DNA from: Pirellulaceae bacterium
GTDB lineage: Bacteria > Planctomycetota > Planctomycetia > Pirellulales > Pirellulaceae
Assembly (NCBI GenBank): GCA_016784735.1
Contig: JADHUC010000115.1
Span: 1-31,415 of the forward strand
Direction: 5' to 3'
Length of the DNA: 31,415 nucleotides
The notes below the pieces were generated by a model, which saw only the letters and a program-made list of their open reading frames with translations, was not told the DNA's origin and did no database searches. The position numbers and the translations under genes are program-made. Positions 1-7,974 of this stretch are shown here, in pieces. Within the stretch, counting starts at the first letter, position 1; every line of letters begins with the position of its first letter.

Positions 1-134
1 TCGCTTAATCCGACCAAGTGGAAACCCATCACGCTACCAGAGCGTTCAAAATGTGACAAGGCCAACGGTTGGCCCAGAGACAACGTGGATGAGCTTGCAT
101 CGACGTGGTCAACGGGCTAGTTTGATGTGCGCAG

Positions 135-218
135 TAGGTCCCTTCTGCCGGAAGGGACCTGGAAACGCGAAATGACCATCCATCCACAAGGAAGGCCCCG
201 TCCGGCAGCCGGGACCTA
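135..218. repeat. REPIN-like inverted pair of short palindromes
   Basis: TAGGTCCCTTCTGCCGGAAGGGACCT (135-160), itself a hairpin, and an inverted relative AGGCCCCGTCCGGCAGCCGGGACCTA (193-218), with a ~32 nt spacer. Confidence 0.75.
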
Positions 219-317
219 CGGAAGGCGGGCCAACGCAGGTCTCAGCCCTCTCGTTCAACCGCACTGCCCAACGGGCCGCTGGCCTTGTGGTTAAACGAAA
301 ACCTGGGAGATTCGGGC

Positions 318-1291
318 ATGACAGCGTCTCAATACAAACGTTGGCTCGGCGGTCTGGCACTTCTTCTCCTGGCGGCTGGAAGCTCAGGATCGGGCGACGC
401 GGCAGAATCCAAGTCGCCCTTGCCACGCTGGCGAGACACCTCAGGAATGGTGTTCGTGCGCGGTGCTCAATTCGTCTTCGGTGGGCGCGATGTTCGTGTC
501 CGCTCTTTTTACATGGACCAGTACGAGGTCACCAACGGAGAGTACTGCCGCTTCCTGAATGCGGACACCGCCCACGCCAAGCACTGGAACGACAAGCAGG
601 AGATTGAGAAGCACGACGGCAAGTTCGTCGCCAAGGCGGGTAAGCGACGTTGGCCAATCTGCTTCGTGAGTTGGCACGACGCGGAGGCGTACGCCGGCTG
701 GACCGGCAAGCGGTTGCCGACCGAATCGGAGTGGGAATGGGCAGCAGCCGGACCGGAAGGGAGCAAGTATCCGTGGGGCAATGCGCCGCTGACGCCCGCA
801 CGGGCCAACTTCGGCAAGAATGTGGGGCATCCCCAGCCCGTGGGCAGTTACGCGGACGGGAAGAACCCCCTGGACATTTACGACCTGACTGGGAATGTGG
901 CGGAGGGTGTCTCAATGACTTGGATCGCGCCGAGGAGTCAGCCTCGGATTCGGATCGGCCGTCGCCACACGCCTGGCGCGGAGGCTGTTGGATCATGGCA
1001 AAGGAGCATCAAGGCGCCCGAACCCGCAGCCCGTACAAGTCCAAAGCGCGCGTGCCGTGCATCGGCTTCCGCTGCGTGCGTCCAGCCCGCCGCGTGCTCA
1101 TTCTGCTGGGCGAGAATTCTGCGGAGCTGGAATTCGCCGCCCGTGCAGCTAACGTAGCGTTGGGAACGCTGACACACTTTCGCTCTGCAGACGCACGGGA
1201 AGAACTTGGGAACGACTCGGCGCGTTTCGCAGGATTTTGTCGATTGCACTACGCAAGGACGATCGTTACATTATTACACAACTACGTGTAA
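318..1291 (+). pseudogene. Formylglycine-generating-enzyme-like (FGE-sulfatase/SUMF1 domain) exported protein, apparently frameshifted
   Basis: Frame of ORF 285..1157 has GMVFVRGAQFVFGG...SFYMDQYEVTNGEYCRFL...WPICFVSWHDAEAYAGWTGKRLPTESEWEWAAAG...YPWG...DIYDLTGNVAE. The expected C-terminus (HAWRGGCW...GFRCVRPA) continues in the frame of ORF 650..1291. Signal-like N-terminus from Met at 318. Confidence 0.75.
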
Positions 1292-1377
1292 TGCCCTTGG
1301 GTTCTGTGGCGTTGCAGTGGACGCTTGGACCCGACGGCCGTATCGACTTACGACGAGTGATCAGGCAAGGTTTTGGC

Positions 1378-2016
1378 ATGGACGAGCCTTTGGTCCGGGC
1401 CAGCAGTCGACAGGAGAACCCGCATCAGGTGAGTGCGTGCGGGGATCTCTCTGACGAACATCTGATGGCGAGTTCTCTTCAGGGAGCCAAATCGGCCTTT
1501 GAAGAGTTGTATGAACGCTATGCCCGGCGGATGTTGGGATTCACCCATCGTCTGTTGCGAGACCATCAAGAGGCCGAGTCGATCACGCAAGAGGTTTTCT
1601 TGAGATTGCTCAAGGACTCCGCGGCCTACGACCCTTCGCGGTGCTTCTCGACCTGGATCTACAAGATTGCGCGAAATCTCTGCTTGGACGCTCTCGCGCG
1701 ACGGCGACCGGAGGGGCTCGACGACCCGGATTGCTTCATAAGCCAAGAGCCAAACCCAGCCGCGGTGAGCGAAGACCGAGAAACCGTGGAGCGACTCAAG
1801 GTGGCTATCGACGCCTTGCCTCCGTTCTGCCGCCAAGTACTGTTATTGCGGATCTTCGACGAATTGTCCTATCGACAGATTGCCGACATCGTCGGTTGCC
1901 CGGAAAGCACGGCCCGAAGCCGAATGGACTTGGCGATCAGACGATTGCGTGCCCATTTGTGCAAGAATCTGGAAGTAGTTGAGAATCCCGTGGACGAATC
2001 GCCGTCGAGATCGTAA
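1378..2016 (+). CDS. ECF-type RNA polymerase sigma factor (sigma-70 family)
   Basis: Region 2 FEELYERYARRMLGFTHRLLRDHQEAESITQEVFLRLLKDSAAYDPSRCFSTWIYKIARNLCLDALARRR; region 4 IDALPPFCRQVLLLRIFDELSYRQIADIVGCPESTARSRMDLAIRRLR. Confidence 0.93.
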   Translation: MDEPLVRASSRQENPHQVSACGDLSDEHLMASSLQGAKSAFEELYERYARRMLGFTHRLLRDHQEAESITQEVFLRLLKDSAAYDPSRCFSTWIYKIARNLCLDALARRRPEGLDDPDCFISQEPNPAAVSEDRETVERLKVAIDALPPFCRQVLLLRIFDELSYRQIADIVGCPESTARSRMDLAIRRLRAHLCKNLEVVENPVDESPSRS

Positions 2017-2037
2017 CAGTTGGTGGAGGGATGATCT

Positions 2038-3069
2038 GTGGCCGGGAATCATCTGGACGACCATCAGTTGCTTGACCTCGCGATGGGACAAGCGAGCCCC
2101 GACGAGGCGAACTCTGGACGGGACCACTGCTACGCGTGCCCGCAATGCCAGGAGCGACTGGAATCTTTACGTCCTTTGGCCGACGGGCTGGTTCGGCTTA
2201 GCGAGGTAGAGGAGGTTCCCACGCCCTCCGCGGAACTTCGGCAACAGCTCTTCGGGCGGGCCGAACCGTTGCTGGACGAGTTCAGCCACAACCACGGCTC
2301 GTCAGCGGACAGACGACCGGTGCCGGCCGAGCTAGTTGCCCCGGAGCGGCGTTGGGCGGTGGCCGCTTCGGCCGGCTTGCTCCAAGAGTTGAGCCCGAAA
2401 CCGAGCCGGGTGAGCGGCAAACCGCGGAGATCACTCAGGCGAAGTTGGGCGGTGGCCGCTTCGCTTGTTCTGCTGGTGGGTGCCGCCAGCGGGGGTTGGC
2501 TCGTCTGGTCGAATATGGTGCCTTCGGCCGCAGCGGCCATCCTGGAAACGACCGGTTCCGTGAAGATCACACCGCCGGGCCAGCCTTCTCGATGCTGTCG
2601 GCGCGAAAAGGAGCTACTGCGGGTTGGGGACGTGCTCAGTACCCCTGAGGCCGATGGCGCCATCCGCCTGGATGACGAGACGCGGCTTTCGCTGCGGCAG
2701 GGCTGTCGTCTGGAGGCTCAACGACCGGTGGCCGAACGGCAAGCCGCCTTTGAGTTGCAGGCGGGCAGCCTGTGTGTAGATACCACTCAGGCCAAGCGTG
2801 GATGCTGTGTCAAGACGCCCGGCGGCACCGTGCGGTGCGGGAAAGCCAAAATACTCATTCACGTTACTTCGCCGCAGGAGTCTACTGTGGCAGCGTTGGA
2901 TGGGGAGGTGAAAGTCCAGTGCGGTGGCCGTGTGGGAGTGGTCTCCACCGGCGTCTGTGCAGAGTTGAAGCGTTCTAAACCATGTTGTTACCGGCCGGCC
3001 CGCCCGAAAGAGACTCGGTGCGATTGGGTCGACCGGTGCGGAAAACCAGAAGATGGGAGGAAAAACTGA
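2038..3069 (+). CDS. Zinc-finger (HxxxCxxC) anti-sigma-like N-terminus, one TM helix and a Cys-rich FecR-like domain
   Basis: GTG start. Motif HCYACPQC; TM segment WAVAASLVLLVGAASGGWLVW; FecR-like GDVLSTPEADGAIRLDDETRLSLRQG...VAALDGEVKV. Several CC pairs. Immediately downstream of the sigma factor; ATGA overlap with the next frame. Confidence 0.8.
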   Translation: MAGNHLDDHQLLDLAMGQASPDEANSGRDHCYACPQCQERLESLRPLADGLVRLSEVEEVPTPSAELRQQLFGRAEPLLDEFSHNHGSSADRRPVPAELVAPERRWAVAASAGLLQELSPKPSRVSGKPRRSLRRSWAVAASLVLLVGAASGGWLVWSNMVPSAAAAILETTGSVKITPPGQPSRCCRREKELLRVGDVLSTPEADGAIRLDDETRLSLRQGCRLEAQRPVAERQAAFELQAGSLCVDTTQAKRGCCVKTPGGTVRCGKAKILIHVTSPQESTVAALDGEVKVQCGGRVGVVSTGVCAELKRSKPCCYRPARPKETRCDWVDRCGKPEDGRKN

Positions 3070-4349
3070 TGAGAGGTAAATCGGGGTTTGTCTGTGCCGC
3101 GTTCGGTGCGGCTTTAGCGTGGTCACTTGCGGGCCAAACGGTTCCCAGTGCCGCTGGCAACAAGCGGACCGGCGAAGATCCACAGCTTGCACAACTCTAT
3201 GTGCAGTTGCTCGGCACATCGTCGTGAGCGTGCATCACCGAGAATGATGTGCGGTCCGCACTCAAAGGTATTGACGGGGTTCAGTCGGTCGAACTGTCGG
3301 CCTATGCAGACATTTACACCGTTACTTTTCGTCCCGGCGTGACGCCCGACGAGAACAAGGTGCAGGAGCTATTCAAGGGGTGCGCGTACAACGGGCGCCG
3401 AGTGGTTGTCGAGCGAGATCGCAAGTCGGTGGTAGATTTCGCCGTGGCCCAGCCACGGCCAGCGGCCCCCGAGGACAATCCCTCGACGGCTGGTCGAGTC
3501 GCGTTGGGCAAGCGACTGTTCACCGACAAGCGTCTATCCTCGGACGGAACGATGGCTTGTTCCACGTGTCACAGTCCTCAGCGGGCTTTCGCCAGCACCT
3601 CGACCACAGCCAAAGGCGTTCGAGGCCTCGAGATCCCGCGCAATGTGCCGACACTGGTAAACGTGGGATATCGGCGTTCCATATTCTGGGACGGGCGCAA
3701 GAAGTCGCTGGAAGAGATGTCGCTGGGCGCCGTCGAACACCCGGCTATCATCGGCATGACTTCCGATGAGCTGAACGAACGGTTGCGGTCCATACGCGAG
3801 TACGTCGACCTTTTCAAGGAGGAATTCAGCAAGCCTCCCACGGCCCAGACGTTCGCTTTGGCCTTGGCTGCATACCAGCGTAGTCTCGTCAGGCACGACA
3901 CGCCCTTCGATCGCTTTGCGCGAGGCAACGAGAGCGCGATCAGCGAATCGGCTCGCCGCGGTTACATCAATTTCCGCGACAAGGCGAATTGCATTACCTG
4001 CCACAGCGGTCCCGACTTCGCCGATGGTGCGTTCCGATTCATCGGAGTTGGCTGGGACGGCAAAGCCTACAAGGATCCCGGCCGGGCAAAGGTCTCGGGC
4101 CATCCTGGGGAAGCGGGCAGGTTCCGAGTTGCACCGCTGCGCGAGTTGGTCTGGACGGCCCCGTACATGCATGACGGCAGTCTGAAGACCCTGGAAGAGG
4201 TCGTGGACTTCTACAATAAGAACGGCCCCGAAGGCAAACGGACCGACCTGCACGGACCGCTGAACCTGACCGACCAGGAAAAGAAGGACTTGGTGGAATT
4301 CCTCAAGTCCCTCAGTTCCGAGCGATGGACCGTCGCAATGCGCGAGTAG
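3069..4349 (+). CDS. Exported HMA-like domain fused to di-haem MauG/cytochrome c peroxidase, frame interrupted by one in-frame TGA at 3225-3227
   Basis: Same frame reads MRGKSGFVCAAFGAALAWSLAGQTVPSAAG...LAQLYVQLLGTSS[TGA]ACITENDVRSALKGIDGVQSVEL..., then haem sites ACSTCH and NCITCH and a MauG-like body. The provided track splits it into the end of 2982..3227 and 3249..4349. Confidence 0.7.
3249..3261 (+). promoter_or_regulatory. Perfect 5 bp stem, 3 nt loop hairpin downstream of in-frame TGA; candidate (weak) bacterial SECIS
   Basis: GTGCG-GTC-CGCAC. The apical loop starts 26 nt after the TGA and begins with G. Confidence 0.2.
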
Positions 4350-4354
4350 CGTGG

Positions 4355-4437
4355 TAGGTCCCGGCTGCCGGACGGGACCTCGATGCGAGTTTCAGCGCAG
4401 TCCACCGAACCAGGTTCCGTCCGGCAGACGGGACCTA
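4355..4437. repeat. REPIN-like inverted pair, same family as 135-218
   Basis: TAGGTCCCGGCTGCCGGACGGGACCT (4355-4380) and AGGTTCCGTCCGGCAGACGGGACCTA (4412-4437), 31 nt spacer. Confidence 0.8.
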
Positions 4438-4446
4438 CTGGGGTCT

Positions 4447-4467
4447 GGGCACGTTTCCAACGTGCCC
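4447..4467. promoter_or_regulatory. 9 bp perfect palindromic hairpin 20 nt upstream of hgcA
   Basis: GGGCACGTT-TCC-AACGTGCCC. Confidence 0.5.
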
Positions 4468-4487
4468 CACGTTAGGAAGCGGGCGAT

Positions 4488-5636
4488 ATGAGCGACCTGC
4501 GGGAAGACTGTGGATGCTGCAACCAGGCAACACGGAACGTTGCATTGGCGGCCAATCAGCCCCCGGACAGCAACGGCAGAGGTTCCGCGGACCGCACCGA
4601 ACCATGGATAGTCGGATCAGTGAGTACTCCTGCCGGCGAAGTTCCCCAGGTGAGTACTTCCTTGCGATTGCCGGACCATCTGGGCACGTGCAGGGCGCGT
4701 TGGGGTATGGGCCGCATGAGTTACTCGATCGCACCCGGGCTGTACGCCGTGGGAACGCCAACCGGCGAGTCTCCCGTGCTGGTGACGGCCAACTACAAAA
4801 TGAGTTTCGACCGCCTTCGTTCTCAGTTGGCAGGGATTGATGCCTGGATACTGGTGCTTGACACAAAGGGCGTCAACGTATGGTGCGCCGCCGGCAAAGG
4901 CACGTTTGGAACCGACGAGATCGTCCACCGAGTTGCGGCGACGAATTTATCTGAAGTGGTCTCCCATCGCCGTTTGGTTGTGCCACAACTCGGCGCACCG
5001 GGTGTGGCCGCTCATGAAGTCAAGCAGCGCTGCGGATTTCGCGTTGTGTACGGTCCGGTGCGAGCCGCCGATGTGCCTGCGTTCTTGGAAGCAGGCATGA
5101 AAGCGACGCCCGATATGCGCCGCGTGCGTTTTCCGATTCTTGATCGTCTGGCCGTTGCCCCCGTCGAGCTGATGCTCGCAGGCAAGTCCATGCTCGTGAT
5201 CGCAGTCTGTTTCCTGTTCCTGGCGGGACTGGGGTCGGACGGCTTCGATTGGACAAGGGTCGCGACCGTTGGCCTTGGTTCGGCCGCGTTGTTCCTGGCT
5301 ACCTGCATCGGCAGCATCGTGCTTGCACCGGCATTGCTGCCTTGGCTGCCAGGACGAGCGTTTGCGGCAAAAGGGGCTTGGCTGGGACTGGTTTTTCTAC
5401 TGGGAATGGCCCTTTATGTCGGGAGTCACTTGGAGGCGATTGAAAGCTGGTTTGCCGTCGCTGCGTGGTGTCTGATGATACCAGCCGTGGCAAGCTTCTT
5501 GGCGATGAACTACACCGGCGCGAGCACGTACACATCGCTATCGGGCGTACGCATCGAAGTGCGAGTGGCTGCGCCGATCCAAGCAATTTGTGCGATCCTG
5601 GGTGCAGTTCTCTGGCTGGCGGGACGCTTCGTATAA
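4488..5636 (+). CDS. hgcA: Mercury-methylation corrinoid protein HgcA
   Basis: Cap-helix motif GVNVWCAAGKGTFGTDEIV; SPVLVTANYKMSFDRLR; LVVPQLGAPGVAAHEVK; FRVVYGPVRAADVPAFL; several C-terminal transmembrane helices; immediately followed by an hgcB-like gene. Confidence 0.95.
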   Translation: MSDLREDCGCCNQATRNVALAANQPPDSNGRGSADRTEPWIVGSVSTPAGEVPQVSTSLRLPDHLGTCRARWGMGRMSYSIAPGLYAVGTPTGESPVLVTANYKMSFDRLRSQLAGIDAWILVLDTKGVNVWCAAGKGTFGTDEIVHRVAATNLSEVVSHRRLVVPQLGAPGVAAHEVKQRCGFRVVYGPVRAADVPAFLEAGMKATPDMRRVRFPILDRLAVAPVELMLAGKSMLVIAVCFLFLAGLGSDGFDWTRVATVGLGSAALFLATCIGSIVLAPALLPWLPGRAFAAKGAWLGLVFLLGMALYVGSHLEAIESWFAVAAWCLMIPAVASFLAMNYTGASTYTSLSGVRIEVRVAAPIQAICAILGAVLWLAGRFV

Positions 5637-5670
5637 CACAAAACTGCGCACTAGACACAGAGAAAGATTC

Positions 5671-5982
5671 ATGTTCGGACTGCAGTATCTGCCGGGCGTC
5701 GTCACATTGACGTTGGATGCCGACAAGTGCAATGGATGCGGCCTGTGCGCCATCGTTTGCCCGCACGCTGTGTTTGCCGTCCAGGACGGAAAGTCGCGAA
5801 TTGTCAACCGCGACGCGTGTATGGAATGCGGTGCCTGTGCGCACAACTGTCCATCTGCAGCCGTCACGGTCGAGCCGGGAGTCGGCTGCGCCGCTGCGGT
5901 GATACGCAGCAAGACGGGTGGCGAGGGCTGTTGTTGCATCCAATCTGAAGAGCCCACTTGTTGCAGTCGGTCGGGCGAATGA
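5671..5982 (+). CDS. hgcB: Mercury-methylation ferredoxin-like protein HgcB
   Basis: 103 aa. CNGCGLCAIVCP and CMECGACAHNCP [4Fe-4S] motifs, Cys-rich tail GEGCCCIQSEEPTCC; 34 bp after hgcA. Confidence 0.93.
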   Translation: MFGLQYLPGVVTLTLDADKCNGCGLCAIVCPHAVFAVQDGKSRIVNRDACMECGACAHNCPSAAVTVEPGVGCAAAVIRSKTGGEGCCCIQSEEPTCCSRSGE

Positions 5983-6009
5983 AAATGAAACGCCGCGTCT
6001 GACGGTTCA

Positions 6010-7119
6010 TTGCGTCTCCCCTTGAGCGCTGCCGGATCTCATTTCATCTGTGATCTTACTGCCGGAAGGTCTAGCAGATTGCGGGAACTTCATGCATCTC
6101 TATCGAAGCGTTTACAGCTCACATTGGTCGTTGGGCTGGTGGGATTGATCGCTGCCGTCGGGTGTGGAAGACCGGGCGAGTCCGACGGTGACAAGGTCGT
6201 GTTGAAAGTGGGCCAGGTGTTGCCCGCGGATCATCCGACCAGCCGGGCCATGAGCTTTTTCAAGGGGCGTCTTGAAGAGCTATCCGTTGGTCGAATCGAC
6301 GTTCGTTTGTTTCTCAGCGGCCAGATCGGATCGGCTAACGAATTGATCATGGAGTGCCGGCTGGGCAACGTCGAAGCCGCAGTCGTCTCCACCGCTCCGT
6401 TGGCGCAGCACGTCGAGATCTTGAACGTTCTGGTAATGCCCTTCGTATTCCGCGACAACGCGCATCAATACGCAGTCGTGGATGGGCCGATCGGCCGGAA
6501 GTTGGACCGTCACCTCGCAGAACGCGGCATCATTGCCGCCGCCTACTTCGATTCGGGTTCCCGTAACATCATGACGAAGACCGGCCCCATCGAGGCGCCG
6601 GATCAGCTCGAGGGGCTCAAGATTCGCGTCATGAGTTCGAATGTTCTTCGCGCCGCGATCGACCAACTCGGAGGCTCGGCGCAGCCCATGAGCCAGGCCG
6701 AGGTCTACAGCGCGCTGCAGACCGGCGTGATCGACGGCTGGGAGAACAACCCGGCGACTTGCCTTGTGTTTTCAATGTACGAAACCGGCTGTACGCACTT
6801 TGCTTGGACACGCCATGTGGCCATCCCCGACGCGCTGATTCTCAGCCGCGATTGGTACGACAGCCTCGACGAAGACCTTAAGCGAGCCGTTGATCAAGCT
6901 GCCGACGAGACTCGGCAGAAACAGCGGGAGCTTTGGCGGGAATACGAGGGTCAAGCCATCGAGCAGCTAAAGAAGGCCGGCATGGTCTTCAACGAAGTCG
7001 ACCACGAGGCCTTCGCCGAGAAATTCGAAGGTTTCTACGACCGTTACACCGCCCAGTACGGGCCGGAGTTCGGATCGCTGGTAGAGCAAATCCGCGATCT
7101 TGATAACTCGCCCCGATAG
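6010..7119 (+). CDS. dctP: TRAP transporter periplasmic solute-binding protein, DctP family (lipoprotein-like)
   Basis: GCGRPGESDGDKVVLKVGQVLPADHPTSRAMSFFKGRLEELSVGRIDVRLFLSGQIG... and QAEVYSALQTGVIDGWENNP; followed by DctQ and DctM. Start codon uncertain. Confidence 0.88.
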   Translation: MRLPLSAAGSHFICDLTAGRSSRLRELHASLSKRLQLTLVVGLVGLIAAVGCGRPGESDGDKVVLKVGQVLPADHPTSRAMSFFKGRLEELSVGRIDVRLFLSGQIGSANELIMECRLGNVEAAVVSTAPLAQHVEILNVLVMPFVFRDNAHQYAVVDGPIGRKLDRHLAERGIIAAAYFDSGSRNIMTKTGPIEAPDQLEGLKIRVMSSNVLRAAIDQLGGSAQPMSQAEVYSALQTGVIDGWENNPATCLVFSMYETGCTHFAWTRHVAIPDALILSRDWYDSLDEDLKRAVDQAADETRQKQRELWREYEGQAIEQLKKAGMVFNEVDHEAFAEKFEGFYDRYTAQYGPEFGSLVEQIRDLDNSPR

Positions 7120-7159
7120 GAAGTTGTGAAGGTGAAGAAGCTTGGAAACCGGCGCGTGT

Positions 7160-7224
7160 GCCACTGTTTTCGATTGGAAGACGCTGTCCATTTGGCAGCG
7201 TCTACCACAATCGAAAGCAGTGCC
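7160..7224. repeat. Imperfect long hairpin
   Basis: GCCACTGTTTTCGATTG (7160-7176) pairs with CAATCGAAAGCAGTGCC (7208-7224); inner pair GACGCTG (7180-7186)/CAGCGTC (7196-7202). Confidence 0.7.
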
Positions 7225-7276
7225 GTTCAGCGTCGATCCGCGGGTACCGTGCCCTCCAGATGGATACTGCATCGGC

Positions 7277-7340
7277 GGCACTGCTTTGAACTGTGGTGCG
7301 TCCAACAGCATGGAAAGCCGAACCAGTTCAAAGCAGTGGC
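7277..7340. repeat. Second inverted repeat of related sequence between dctP and dctQ
   Basis: GGCACTGCTTTGAACTG (7277-7293) and CAGTTCAAAGCAGTGGC (7324-7340), 30 nt spacer. Confidence 0.7.
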
Positions 7341-7479
7341 ACACTTCGGACAACCGATGGCATGGAACAAGCCCCGGGCGAAGTCCAGATGAGTTCATCC
7401 AATAGGATTTTGTTATCCTGCGATGACTGAATGTGCTCCAGTGACTGGGTGGCGGTGATCTCGACAACGAGGAGGTACG

Positions 7480-7974
7480 ATGAATCGCGTCTACAAGGAC
7501 ATGGAAGAGATCATTGGGGCAGTGCTTCTGGTTGCCATGTGTCTGGTCGCGGTGGCCAAAGTCGCCAGCCGGTACGTACTCGCATCGCCTTTCTCCTGGA
7601 GCGAGGAACTGGCGACGATTCTGTTTTCGTGGGTCGTGTTTGTCGGAGCGTCGTTGGCGCTGAAGAAGAACGAGCACTTCTCGATGGACGTACTGGTCGA
7701 TTTGTTGCCCAGTGCCCCCAAGAGACTGATTCAAACGATCGGCCTGGGACTCGTCGCGGTCTTTTGCCTGTTGATCGTCTGCTACGGAGTCAGGCTGGCC
7801 GTGCTGAATTGGCAGGTGAAGACGGCCGTCCTGGAGATCTCTCGCGCATGGTTGTATTTGGCCGTTCCCTTTGGCGGTGCGCTGATGCTACTTCGCACCA
7901 TCGAAATGTTTGTCCGATTGTGGCGATCAGATGATGGCGCGCTCGCCTGTCAGGATGGGAAGGGAGCGGAATGA
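7480..7974 (+). CDS. dctQ: TRAP transporter small permease, DctQ family
   Basis: Four-helix small membrane protein with ASPFSWSEELATILFSWVVFVGASLALKKNEHFSMDVL; ATGA overlap with dctM. Confidence 0.9.
   Translation: MNRVYKDMEEIIGAVLLVAMCLVAVAKVASRYVLASPFSWSEELATILFSWVVFVGASLALKKNEHFSMDVLVDLLPSAPKRLIQTIGLGLVAVFCLLIVCYGVRLAVLNWQVKTAVLEISRAWLYLAVPFGGALMLLRTIEMFVRLWRSDDGALACQDGKGAE

Noticed and set aside
2130-2663. 177 aa minus-strand ORF
   Set aside because: Fully antisense to the FecR-like coding frame, low-complexity Ser/Arg-rich translation typical of high-GC shadow ORFs.
3534-4253. 239 aa minus-strand ORF
   Set aside because: Antisense to the MauG/peroxidase domain, whose haem motifs define the true frame.
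4488-5636. Annotation as acetyl-CoA synthase/CODH corrinoid protein (CdhD)
   Set aside because: NVWCAAGKGTFGT is shared in part with CFeSP, but C-terminal transmembrane helices and the adjacent CMECGAC ferredoxin are specific to HgcAB; no other Wood-Ljungdahl genes are present.
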